From Azolla caroliniana (Eukaryota; Plantae; Polypodiophyta), in NCBI GenBank assembly GCA_043228905.1, contig JBHGNT010000021.1:3224001-3288000 (forward strand): 64,000 nucleotides of DNA, in the 5' to 3' direction. The notes beneath the pieces were generated by a model. The model was not told where the DNA came from, made no database searches, and was given only the letters and a program-made list of their open reading frames with translations. Positions within the stretch are counted from its first letter, which is position 1. Each line of letters begins with the position of its first letter. A program made the translations under genes and the position numbers. Positions 51,940-64,000 of this stretch are shown here, piece after piece.

Positions 51940-54900
51940 CTTTCCCAACGCGTTTATTCATTTCTTTCATTTTCGTAGGGCTTTGTTATGGTATCCGTAT
52001 ATCGTATCCATAATTGCCTATTTCCATGTGAACCAAATGAATATGACAGACAGGCTGAAGTTAGAATCCGATTCCCACTCTTTGATTCTTGAAGTTTAAC
52101 ATTGTAGATAATTTTTTCAAGCTGCGATTTATCCAATAGTAACTGTGAGATTGACAATCTGATGGTCGTGCTTTCGATTTTCGATGCTACGAGTATGGTT
52201 CTGGACTTTATAGTGATTCAAAGAAAAAGGGTTCGATATTTGTAACATAGACGAAAAACCACATGAGTCTGTATTTAAATTACCACTATGAGCGTTATGA
52301 AAAGAATATGCTCGATTTCTACTGTGTCCATGAGTGAGCTAGATGAAAACATGACTTGGCACAAGATATCCTCACCTTTGTGAGGACGAGAAAACATAAG
52401 CATAAAATACTTTGGTTTGTCTACTAAAATCCATATTATTTAACTCTTATCTGTGTGATGCAATACTAATTTTCCATAGATGCTATTGGAAAAATTAGTG
52501 GTTTTCATGTTTTTGACAAGGTATTACAACATAATAGTTTTTGTAAACAATTTTTTTGGGGAAATGACTTGATCTAAGAAGTTAGCATGCTAAGTAAGTT
52601 CTCAACAAGAGCAAAGAAGAAGGATTGGAAGGGTATGTAAAGAATGCCATATGTTTGGTTATCAAGATCAAGGTATAGTAGCTAATGTTGGTGAAGGATG
52701 GTCTAGAAGATCAGAAATCCGTAACCTTAAACTCGAATCCCTAAAATCTAAAATATGCTCTGGATAGGGTTTAATATTGGATCCAACACCACGAGAACAC
52801 TCATACTTTCATCTTTCAAGCTTTTATGGCGACAATGACCATGATACTATGAAATGACGAAGTCTCTAGGGGTTGTGAAATGAAGAAGTCTCTAAGGGGG
52901 GGTTGTAAATGAGTTATTGCAAGGGTCTTACATTGCATAGCTGAAGTATATTGCCTTCAAGGAGAACCTGAAGTAGAATTTGTGTATATCTCAATTAGTT
53001 GGCAACATGTATATGATCATAATATCTCCATTGGTTATATGTATGCGGCCCCAAGTTGTTCGACCTAATTCTGAGAGGATGTTAATGTATGCATTATAAA
53101 ATCTATCCCATATTACAAGTGGGTAGAATCGAAACAAAAAGATGAACTTTAGCTGATGCATATTTATTTCTATATATGGATGTAAACCTTCATTTGTCAT
53201 TTGTGGTTGAGGAAGTTTTGTGCTTGTGTTTGGGAATTTATTTTTATTAATCATCTGTGTTTCCTTTCAATGCATAAGAAACTACTTTAAAATCTTAAAT
53301 CTAGTAGAAAATTTATATGTTATCCGATAGATTTTGTTCTCTATAGCTATTTTCAACTAATAAGTTGGACAAATTGGCTGGCGTTGTAGTTACTGATGGG
53401 CACCTTTTTCTGAACACTGGTAATGACATTAGCTATGTCGTGATAGTTGAATGTAGCGAAATACGAGAATAGAATCATCTATGTACCTATGTCCTAAACT
53501 TATATGCAATGATAATAGAAAACAGATACATTATGATATAAACTACTAAAGCTAAGAAAATGAGTTAGGAATCTCTTGTTTTCTGCATTAAAAAAAAAAA
53601 ATGCAAACCCATGCTCTATGGAGCAAATGTTACATTTGAGAATCTTCAAGGTTTTGACGTTGACAGTGGCTTTATGCTGAATAGGTATTGCCTCACTTCA
53701 TTCAGAAGTCAGCGACAAATACAGGGAGCTAGGGAAGCTGGATATTCAATTCCATGGTACTTCATATTTTAGCTCTAATTTTTAATTAGGGATTACAATC
53801 TGTAGGAGGAAGCTATGCATTTTTTTTCACCATTTTCATCCTCACATGTATGCAATAGTTTATCTTTAATTTTTGGTTATGATTACAAAATTATTGAACC
53901 TCTGTAGATAAGAGGAAAACATTAAATTTTTGGAACATTTTTCTTTCTAATACAGTATTATGGTCTGTAGAACTCCAGAAACAAATAGAAGGTCAGTATG
54001 AACAGGAGTTGGAGGATGTAAAGAAGGTTTTTGATTCTGGAAGTGTGCCACAAATGTTACAGTTCTCAAAGGGATTAACAGATTCAGCGGAAATCTGCAA
54101 AGCAATTGCTGATCAAAAGATAGGCTTGGCAATTGAAACCTATAAGAGAGTAAGAAGTCCATGATCTAGTTTGAGATCATGCACTAAAACTAACCATGTT
54201 TTTTCTCCTAAAATTTTATAAATTCACTTTCATATCCCCTCCAAACACCAAAACCCAGATTATTTTCTGAATTGTTTTTGAAAGGATAAACTTATCCTTC
54301 CGGATGCTGCCAATTTCATTACTCTGGCAAAATGTGATATATGAGTACTTTCATTGAATTAAATTTTAATCCTAAAAATGATAAATCTGTTTATGTTTTG
54401 TCCAAATGTTTCTCTGAGAATTTATGGTCTCTTGCTAGGTTGATGGGCACATACGTCGGTTGGATAAGTATTTGAAGAAATTTGATCAAGGACTTAAGCG
54501 TGGTCTGTGTTGTTCTTTCTTCTGCTCTGTCTTGATTCACAAGGACTTTATTCACATATGAAAATGAAATAAAAAAGGTCATTACTTGATTGCTAACAAG
54601 GATATTTTCATATAAGCACATGAATAATAATAAGGTTTTTCTTTGATGGCAGAGAGTGAGGTTATATTTCCATCCCTCTTTGAATCAAAATTTGAGGTCT
54701 CTGATACTGCTGGAAAGAAAGATGATATTGAAATTGGAGCTGACGACAAAAAGTATGTACTTTGAAACTGTTCAGCTGATAGGCTTCTTTAGTATGTGTG
54801 TATATGTGAATGTCTATATATATTATTTAAATGTGTACATCCTATAGATGAATGTGTATATATGCTGTATGCAAATGTATAGATAAATGCCTATGGCAAA

Positions 54901-55575
54901 TGTGCATGTGTATATGTATGCATGTTGCATGCAAATATGTTTAGATATGCCATTTGTTTGTAGATGCATTATGTCTATATATGGCATGTGGTCTATGTCT
55001 ATGACTTCTGTGTATGCCTTTGTCTATGACATGTGGATGTCTGTGTATTTATGTGCAGTGCATATTGTGTGTTGTGTATTGGGTATTATGCATCAGGGAT
55101 CATGTATCACGTAGCACGTATCATGGATCATGGATTATGTACCATATATTACGCTTCATGTATATGCACACATATATAAGCGCGTCGCTTCTTTGGTGTC
55201 CTAACCAATGATAACGATACAGGTTGAAGGTGGTAGAAAATCCTGTGAGTATGGATCTTGATCTGCCCATTGATCCAAATGAACCAACATATTGTCTCTG
55301 TAATAGAGTCTCTTTCGGGGAAATGGTTGCGTGTGACAACGATAATGTGAGTAGATAAAGTAGGCTATTTGTAATGATGTCTTTGTTTCATGCAATTCAG
55401 TGTAACAAAGTATTTGTGCCTATTTTCATTCTTTGTTATCTAATCATTTGATCAATGTTTCCAGTGCAAAATTGAGTGGTTTCATTACGAGTGTGTCAGC
55501 ATTACTAGTCGACCAAAAGGGAAATGGTATTGCCCGGAATGTGCTCCAAACATAAAAAATCGTAAAAGAGGCTAG
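51861..55575 (+). CDS. ING1: Inhibitor-of-growth PHD-finger protein (H3K4me3 reader)
   Basis: 7 exons: 51861-51888, 53685-53756, 53971-54149, 54439-54502, 54653-54752, 55223-55346, 55465-55575. ING domain ([24 protein letters not shown]) and PHD finger ([45 protein letters not shown]). Confidence 0.92.
51896..51936. repeat. (CT)n microsatellite at the start of ING1 intron 1
   Basis: Directly visible. Confidence 0.95.
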
Positions 55576-57206
55576 CTTATGCTGTGGCTTTCCACCATTG
55601 ATCATGATCTTGCCTTGATAACAAAGGCTGTGTATATATAGCAGTACATGAACAAAATTGTGCATAACATTCTCTTTCACCATTGAATTGTAGAAAACAT
55701 GTTAATAAACATATATCATACGTTGTAGATAAGTCAAGAGTATATTATGTTAGTAGCAAAGGATTCTGCCTTGTAATTTTCAACCCTGATTTTCAACCGT
55801 CCAAGAGGATGAGAGATCAGTGCTAGAGAGAAATCTCTAATTTGTTTTTTATGGGAATAGAGTATTCGTTTTTGCCCCAATCTATCTATCTATATACTAA
55901 TTTTGAGAAAGATCAAGCATGGCGTTGTTAAACATATTTTTAGAATTTTGCGAAAGTTTTCTGTTTAGCTTTGCAAATTAAGATGCAAGTTTGTTATTTG
56001 TATTTGGTGGGTTGGTTTTATCATAGATTTTATAGTTCCTAAAGCTGAAGGAAAAATTCTATGCAATTTATCCTTATAAATGAACCTCTGTTACTTAAAG
56101 TGGTCTTTGCACTCTTTAGTATATGAGTGGTTTGATTAGGAGCTTTGGTTGAAGTGGTTGATGGCTTATAAACATAGGGTTTGATGTTTTGTGGATGTAT
56201 TAAATAGATGAAAGGGTAGGTAGATTGGACATGGACATGTGAATAATATATCCATGCTATATGTGGACACATTTCATATATAGAGATTTCTAGCTCCCAT
56301 CACACGAGAAAGTTGATGGAAAGTTCTTCTTGGCTGATAAAGAGGACCCATGAGATTGAATGACTTGGAAAGTTGCTCTTGGTTTACCGATTCATGGCAT
56401 TATCTAGTTGTAATAAAGAAAGGACGATAGCCTTTCAAGGTCTACCATGTACAAAGTTCACTAGGAGTCCCAACAACACTTGTTTTACTTGCATCCCATA
56501 CAAGGAATTAAACCATGATACCTTTGTTGTCTATATATAGGATTACATATTGTTTATGTGTTTGAATGGGGGCTTGATCGGAAGTTTCTATGTCTACAAT
56601 GTCTAGGGTTTGGCTTTTAACAGAGTTATTTGCAATGGATGATGGGAAGGCATAGCAAATTCTGAACAAAGCAATTGTTGACAAAGTCTATATTTTTTAT
56701 TGAAACATGACACAAACAAGAAAAAAATATAATTCATCCAATCTTATCTTCTATCTATCATTTTCCAATGAGCAATGGGTTTCATAGTTTTAATACCCAA
56801 AATTTGGATCTCATTCACTAAAATTCAAGTATCTCAATGCGATGGCCTTGTGTTCAAGTACACAAATTTAAGATCTGAAATCAAGACCTCATTTCATGAA
56901 AACATGGATCAAAATTTTGAGGTTGCCCACAAGAAATATCCATCCAAGGAACAAATTTTTTTGATTATATAATATCAACATTTTACTAAGTTCCTATAAA
57001 AAATGTGTCATTCGTCATATAATTGTGTTATAATAATTGAAGGATAAAAACCAAAACTTATACTAGCTAAAATTTCGGGAACAACCTAATGACACTTTTG
57101 GGCACAAAGTAGGAGCTACAAATCATAATGGCTGAAAAGAGAGAGCTTAAGATTGATTAGTGAAGAAGATGACAAGTGTCACAGACACACCAACCATGGA
57201 TCAAAC

Positions 57207-58004
57207 TGTCATGGACACACGAACCGCAGACTACGACGGAGGATGGATGACGAACGTGGAACTATAAGTGACGAGGCTAGGAACTCTAGAAGTTGTGAGT
57301 GATGAGACTATGAACTTAGGAAGCTATGGAGAGCATGACGACAAAGACGAAGAAGGAGACAATATGCAATGGAACAAGAAGATTAGATTGATGTGTCAAT
57401 GACTAGCGTTGAATCCCTTCCAACTAGAAGCATCACTTGTCTTTGTCATCGCCCTTGCTTCTAGAGTTACTATCATCACCGTCCTTGCTTCTAGAGTTAT
57501 CGTCATGAACATCCCTTCGTTTCCTTATGTATTTTAATTTATTCTCATTCTCCACATATCTATCTCCATGTTTCTTATCATCGGACTTGTCTGGTCGTCA
57601 AGTGTTACCTTAGTAGATTATCTATTCCAAGTTTTAGGAGTTTTCAGAAGCTTTTAGAAACCTTCAGAAGCTTTTGCATGAAAATGGGTCTATGCATGGA
57701 ACTACATGTAGAGCCCGCAAACATGTATAAATACTTGTAATATCCTTTGTCCCTTTCAAGGGATTCAACGCCAGTCATTGACACATCAATCTAGTATTCT
57801 TGTTTAGCCCCATCTTCTCTCCTTGATTTACATCTCTGTCTTTATGCCCTTGTATTGTTCCTAGCGTCTTAAGTTCCTCATCTCGTCGCTCCCAACTTCC
57901 CGCATTTCTAGCCTCATCACGTCGAGTTCCACGTTTGTAACCTTATCAGTTGTAGCCTTGTCATATGTGCTTTGTTGTAGTCTAGGTTTGGTGGGTCCAT
58001 GACA
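57207..58004. mobile_element. Foldback/inverted LTR-derived element with ~210-250-bp inverted arms
   Basis: Ends TGTCATGG...CCATGACA. Arm 57207-57419 pairs with 57758-58004. Internal TATAAATA and gaagcttttagaa motifs are LTR-like. Confidence 0.6.
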
Positions 58005-58516
58005 ACAAGGGAAACTTGATTGATCAACTAATGACGCAACATGTGGGAAAACCTAATCACGAACCTATAAAAAAGAAAAACTTGATCAATTGATGGCATA
58101 AACACGCATGAAAGCCTCGTCTTAAAACCTGTAAAAGAAAAACTCTATTTATTGACCATTAATACAAGAATCAAGATATGGGTAAAATCTAATAAGAGAA
58201 CCAATTAAAGAGAGGCTCGATCAGTTGACCAATGACACGAGCTATGGGTAAGACCTAAATCACGAAAACTATAGAGAAAAAAACAAAACAAAGAAAACAT
58301 AATGAGGTGCGCTTGTAAACAAAAGAGACAAGAAGCCTCTCGAGGAAAGAAGAGATGGATGGGGTTCAGACGAAGAACAATGAGCCAAGAGTGACCCGAC
58401 TCGACACACCTGATGATCCCAAGACTATACACAAAGGGTCTACAATAAGTGATAACGCTAGAAGCAATATCTTATTATCTTATTAGAAGGACTTCATCTT
58501 ATGCAAACCCTAAGAA

Positions 58517-58780
58517 TAGGAATCAACAACATCGGTTTAGGCTTAACTGGTTTTGGCCTTGTCCAAACCAAACTAGTCAAGCCTAAATCGGTTTGGGAGT
58601 TTCCAAACCTGAACTGAACCGGTTCCTAAACCGGGGGATTGGGCCTTATCCAGCTTGGTAACCGGTTTGGCCCAAATCGGTTTGGTTCGACTTGAGACTA
58701 ATCCAAGCTGAACCACCAAACCGTTTTAAAACGGTTTACTAGTTATGTTTAGGCTTGAGCCGAGCCGTTGCCGATTCCTA
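58517..58780. mobile_element. hAT-type MITE (same family as 27566-27806)
   Basis: TIRs TAGGAATCAACAAC / GTTGCCGATTCCTA (12/14 match), AACCG-rich interior. Confidence 0.8.
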
Positions 58781-58854
58781 ATCCGAGAGCATGTTTCGCT
58801 TAACAAAAACAAGAATCCTTCCTTCGTGTGTTTGTAAAGAAAGTATCTAATACA

Positions 58855-59041
58855 TGGTGTATGTATGGAATGTATGTATGTATGTATGTAGAGATGGATG
58901 GATGGATGGATGGATAGGTAAGAAAGAAGAAGAGAACAATTCTCTTCCATCTCATCTTTTGTGAAGAAAAAGAGAGAAAGAGAAAGAGAGAGAGAGAGAG
59001 AGAAACAACCCTTTAGTTTTTTTTTTGTTTGCTCATAGGAA

Positions 59042-59080
<39 letters not shown>

Positions 59081-59082
59081 AT

Positions 59083-59125
<43 letters not shown>

Positions 59126-59222
59126 CACCCTCTTCTGTCTTCTTCATCCTCTTTCTTCATCTTCTTCTCTAATTTTGTCTCCCATGTGAAGAAGAAGAAG
59201 AAGAAGAAGAAGAAGAAGAAGG
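58855..59222. repeat. Microsatellite cluster (TATG)n,(GATG)n,(AG)n,(AC)n,(GAA)n in the promoter/5' UTR
   Basis: Directly visible. Confidence 0.9.
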
Positions 59223-59640
59223 ATGAAGCCTAGGTTTAGAAGAACCAGGAGGAGGAGGAGAAGAAGAAGGTTTGCCCCTTGTGTAAGTCCCCTTTAACCC
59301 AAAACGTAATACAACGAACCCATCTTCCTTCCTTCCTTCCTTTTTTTTTTCCTTCCCTTTTTCTTCGTTAATTCTTGTTTTTTCCTTTCCTTTCCTTCCC
59401 CTTTTCTCCCCCCCTTCATCGATTCTTGTTTTTCTTCTTCCCCGTTCCTCGTAAAATGGGTACTCCATTCTCCACATGCAGACTCCACCTATGGTTCCTT
59501 CCTCTAACCCTAACCCTAACCCTAAATTTGTATTCTCTCTGCAGGCACAGGTCCGTGAATATAGTCATATGCATATCCATAGCTATGGCTCAGATCTTCA
59601 CTGAAGAAAAGAAGAGGAAGAAGAAGGAGAAAGAACGAGG

Positions 59641-60084
59641 ATGGAAGAGATGCGCAATACACAAAGGAATTCAGGAGAGATGGATTTTTTCTCCAATGAG
59701 AAGGACAGTGTAGATATGGATCTGGGTCCTAATGGTAGTGATAGAGAAGCCATAGAATGTTATCAGAGAAGTGAACGTAAATCAATGCCAAATTTGGAGT
59801 TTCTTCGTGAAGAAGATCATTCGAATGTAGTAATTGAGATGGACAGAGATGAACAAGGCTTAAATAATAATCTAGAACAAAACGAAGAAGATAATGAATA
59901 TGACGATGAAGAAGAAGAAGAAAATGAAGGAAACAGTATCAGTGATTCTTCTGTTGTGAATTCTCAAGAAAAAGCTCAGAAATTAGCTTCAACCAAAATT
60001 GATTCTTCCACTTTCTTGGATGCTCAAGGAGATGAAGCTGTATTTCGAGGCCTCGAAGAAGGAAAATCGCCTTTGTGGATCAAG
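59641..60084 (+). CDS. SUVR5: First coding exon of a probable SUVR5-like histone-lysine methyltransferase; the gene continues beyond the window
   Basis: 148-codon acidic exon ending ..GKSPLWIK|gtatt, recalling the ALWVK-WRGKWQ motif at the start of the conserved SUVR5 N-terminal domain. The next exon was not found in the window, so the identity rests on one short motif. Confidence 0.55.
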
Positions 60085-61973
60085 GTATTACACCCCTTCC
60101 TATGTTCAATTTTTTTTCGTGTGGTGCTTTAACGTCAATGTCATCACCATGAAGATAGATCTCACATTTATTCAAACTCAAATTGATGTTAATGCTAAGG
60201 GTAGTTACTAATTAATGTTAAATTCCTTGAAACGTGATTAAGTTGATGTTAAAGTACATTGTATGTCTATATATTTGAATGCCCATGTTGGTATGCATGT
60301 GTATATGGTATTGCTACAATGTTTTTGTCTGTTCAAGCTTGATAATTATTGGGAACCACGTGTTCAAACATGTTAAATGAAGAAGGAGAGACGGTTATCA
60401 AGGAGATTCTGTGAGGTTTGTATGAACTCATTGGGATTATGATATTCAAGAACCTCTATCTAAATTCCAATGATGCAAAGAATGTGTCTCTACTGGCAAA
60501 ATGAAATATATATTATTCAAGATGTGATCAAAACCTATGGAAGCATTTTTAGTATTTCTGGGAGTTATGGATTGGGCATGCAGCACCAGGCCTATATGGA
60601 AAATCATCCAAAGAATCTTAAACGTGTATATGCCTGGACCTCCTTATGTTGAAGAAGCTTGTCTTGAGGATTGGTCTTGGTTTGGTATCCTTTGACTCTT
60701 TAGTTAACAGGCTACTCCTTTTGTTGACCAGTGTTGCAACATTGTTTTTGGTGCAAATGGAATTTAAGAACGATACAAGAGATTTTATTGATCTTAAAAG
60801 AATAAACTATCTTTCAGAGATGATTGCTTGGAGTCTTACCTATTGGAGTGTTGGTTAATCTTGTAAGATTACCCTACATGTAGAAGATGACATACTGAAT
60901 GTTAAAGAAAGGTGAAATTCGGCTTTGTTGCCGATAGATATCTTTGATGAAAATGGCCATGGCATTTTCCGAATTTGCAAAATACTCAAGTTTCGAATTT
61001 CCAGCAAGGACTCACACATGAATATGGTTATTGCACCTCAATATGTGTTTATGAGATGATTTGCTGTTGTGACATAGAGTCAATGCTATTTACGGACATT
61101 GAAAACCATCTAACAGAAATATACTTCAAACAGGTCAGATAACAGATAAAGATAGTAATATATTCAGAATAAAAGTTGAGATTCTTACGTTAATGAAAAC
61201 TCTGTTACAGATGTTGGCTGGTTTTTAACAGCCTTCAAAGACGTACATTACTTCCTTCTAACGGAGTTCAAAACCATCATAATATTTTTCCCCAGAAAAA
61301 CCAAAGAATACCCTTCAAATTCTATTCTTTCTACCTTGTTATCTAGACTTGATGCTTCCTACTAGGAATTGCACCCAGGTTAGTCAACTCCTAATAATAT
61401 GTTTGATTCCAGCATGAGAAGCACAGTTCCCAACTATGGCAACTCAACTCTTGGCAGTTATGACTCTGCACAAGATGAATGATTGATCAAGTAGACTACA
61501 ACTCGTCAATAAGTCAATGTAGCCAAATTTCTTTGCACGATGCAGAACAAGTAAACAATACTTACTTTCTGTAGATGATAGTACAATTATCCATTGCCTC
61601 CTGCGCAATGATATGGGAGTGGAGCCCATGGCAAAGACACCTCATGTAGTTGACTGGTGGGTGTCAGGGGCTCACCTAGAATCAGTTTGCCCTCTGAGAA
61701 CATGTATTCTGTGGCACAACAATAAAAACTCATGAGTAGTAGCTCTAAGCAATATCATTGTGAGATACGTTTTCGAAGCCCTAAACGACTGAAATATTTC
61801 TCCACAGAAACAGAAAAACTGAGTAATGCCCTCAAATTAATCAATTGATGGAAAAGTGAAGGAATTGAGAAAAGGACTGTGAAGGAAGCCCGCTTTTGTT
61901 TGAGGTGATTGAAAAACAACCTCTCATGTGTAATACCCATGTCCGAGATTCTCAAGGCCAAAAGATACGAGAC

Positions 61974-62388
61974 CATACTCGTATTGATTCAGCTGGTTTG
62001 TATGTGGGTCCACAATCATCTTGTTTGCAGTTGCCTTTTTTTACCACCACTATGGTATTGCAAAGGGGGTGGCTAGTTGTTGTGTCTCTGAGATTTCTGC
62101 TGCCACTTCTGATGGGTGGATAGATATTTTGCGTGGTATATTCCTACAGATCTCTCATCGGGCCAAAAGCTATGAGAGCATACTCGTATTGATTCAGCTG
62201 GTTTGAATGCGGATCCACAATCATCTTGTTTGCAGTTGATGGGCACTTCGTCCTTGGTGCTGCCTTTTTTCGCCACCACTATGGTATTGCAAGGGGAGTG
62301 GCTAGTTGTTGTGTCTCTGAGATTTCTGCTGCCACTTCTGATGGGTGGATAGATATTTTGTGCGGTATATTCCTACAGGTCTCTCATC
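61974..62388. repeat. ~205-bp tandem duplication (intronic)
   Basis: catactcgtattgattcagctggtttg..ccactatggtattgcaa..gagatttctgctgccacttctgatgggtggatagatattttg at 61974 and 62179. Confidence 0.85.
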
Positions 62389-64000
62389 AGGTTGGTGGTT
62401 TCCTTGTACAGCTGTTTTGTCACGTCATGTGGGTGCCAAGCATCGATCATTGGGCCAAGAGGTGGATTTTGGAGGGTATACCATTTTGCCTTTTGACGTA
62501 GGTTCCATGAGAGGATGTGGCCATCTGATGTACATGGTATTATGCATACGTAAATATGTCACTGGCTACATGCCACACTTAATCATATTTATTTACTTCT
62601 TTTTTGTTTTACATTTGGTCTCTCAATGTCAATTGTTGATTGATTTATTTTCAGTGGCTGACTGTGCATGCAGTACTACCCCAGTTTTGCTAGGTAGAAT
62701 ATGATCCCTGTGTGCAAAATGTTGATGAGCGTGCGGCAGGGTTGCCAATTGACTGCTTGTCCTTTTGCTCGCATGCACATGAAGTGTGCCATGTATTGAG
62801 TCATTTATTATCCCATGCTGGGCTGCATCCATGTTACTTTTCTTTGACAGCAGTCCTTGGGTTGCAGCACAAGTGGGTATTCATTTACTCTGTTAGGGGT
62901 ATTTCGTTGATCACATCTTTATGCTGGCAGTTGACAGGTATTGCACAGGTACATTACTCATAATTCCACACGATGACTTTGGGGATTGTTGCAGGGGTAC
63001 AGTCTCGGTAAAATTGCTAGCATTCCTTTATGATGCATCTGGAAAACACTATATGTGGTTTGATGAGAAGTCTTTGGGGATTGTCACAGGGTACAATCTT
63101 GGCACAATTGCTAGCAGTATACTGTAATTGTGCATCTGGAAGACATTATACATGATTCTATGTGATGGCTTGGGAATTGTCACAGGGGTACAATTGCACC
63201 ACAATTGTTAGTATACTGTTATGGTGCATCTGATGCTGATACTTCCATGCTCTTTTGGAATGACCACCAGACTACTTTGAAAACTTAGACCATTATTGAT
63301 TCATACTTTGAAGAGTCAGGTGGAGTGGGATGCATGAAGTGGTTCTTCCAGGTGGCTAAGGAAAGAAGGCAGGCTTTTTTCAAAGCTTGGGTGTGTAGTA
63401 TTCTCTTTGTTGATTTCAATTTTGGCATTGTTAGTTAACAATATACTTGCCTCATTATCTCTGAGCGATATAGCTGAGTTTCTTGGCTATGTCTTTTGTA
63501 CTTCCCTCAGAACTAGGCCACATAGCGATTTCAAAGGATGTTTGTATATACAAGATATACTGCCAGCAAAAGAGTGATGGAGTTGACAGTATAAGTGCTG
63601 GTGGACAAAGGGCATTTGGAGAAAAAGAAAACTTAGAGGCACTTGGGCAAATGTAGAAAAACTCAGTGATGTTTCAGAGTTTTTCCATGAAATTCGATTT
63701 TGTTCTAAAAAATGATTAATTTTTTCTTTTCTCTCACTTTGACACTGCCTCTTTCTTTCTTTCTTGCTTTCCAAAAGGACTAAATCCTTATTTTTATTCG
63801 ACATACCGCAGCCTCAATGCAAGCTTTCCTCCGTCATCTTGCTGTTGTTTCCTACTTGTTATTTTTTCTTGCAACTTGCCACATCTCTAGTTCATTCCAC
63901 CCTCCTTTTTTGCTTTTTACTCGGTAACATTTGTTTTGGTTTGTTGTTCTCAAAGCCAAGGCAACACTTAAGATGTGATCTCTTGTTTGGTCTTAATTTT

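Noticed and set aside
58726-59713. Several low-complexity ORFs (CV/SL/K-rich)
   Set aside because: They are translations of promoter and leader microsatellites.

Overview
AT-rich eukaryotic nuclear DNA from a land plant. It is probably a non-seed plant such as a fern; that is an inference from the intronless PLS-DYW PPR gene, the RTE/L1 LINE load and an unusual GT4 gene. Seven genes were reconstructed from GT-AG splice sites and conserved peptides: a secreted LRR protein (+, 11 exons), a KEA1/2-type plastid K+/H+ antiporter (-, 20 exons), SPF30/SMNDC1 (+, 8 exons), an intronless GT4 glycosyltransferase (+), an intronless PPR-DYW editing factor (-), ING1 (+, 7 exons), and the first coding exon of a probable SUVR5 methyltransferase (+). 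Introns and intergenic DNA carry L1 and RTE-like LINE fragments, LTR remnants, three copies of a hAT-type MITE, tandem duplications and microsatellites. The best leads are a candidate poison exon in SPF30 intron 2, an AUG-stop plus spliced Arg-rich uORF in the SUVR5-like leader, the orphan-like GT4 gene, two inverted-LTR/foldback hairpins, a duplicated DYW tail beside the PPR gene, and the MITE sitting upstream of three genes. No tRNA, rRNA or CRISPR array was recognised.
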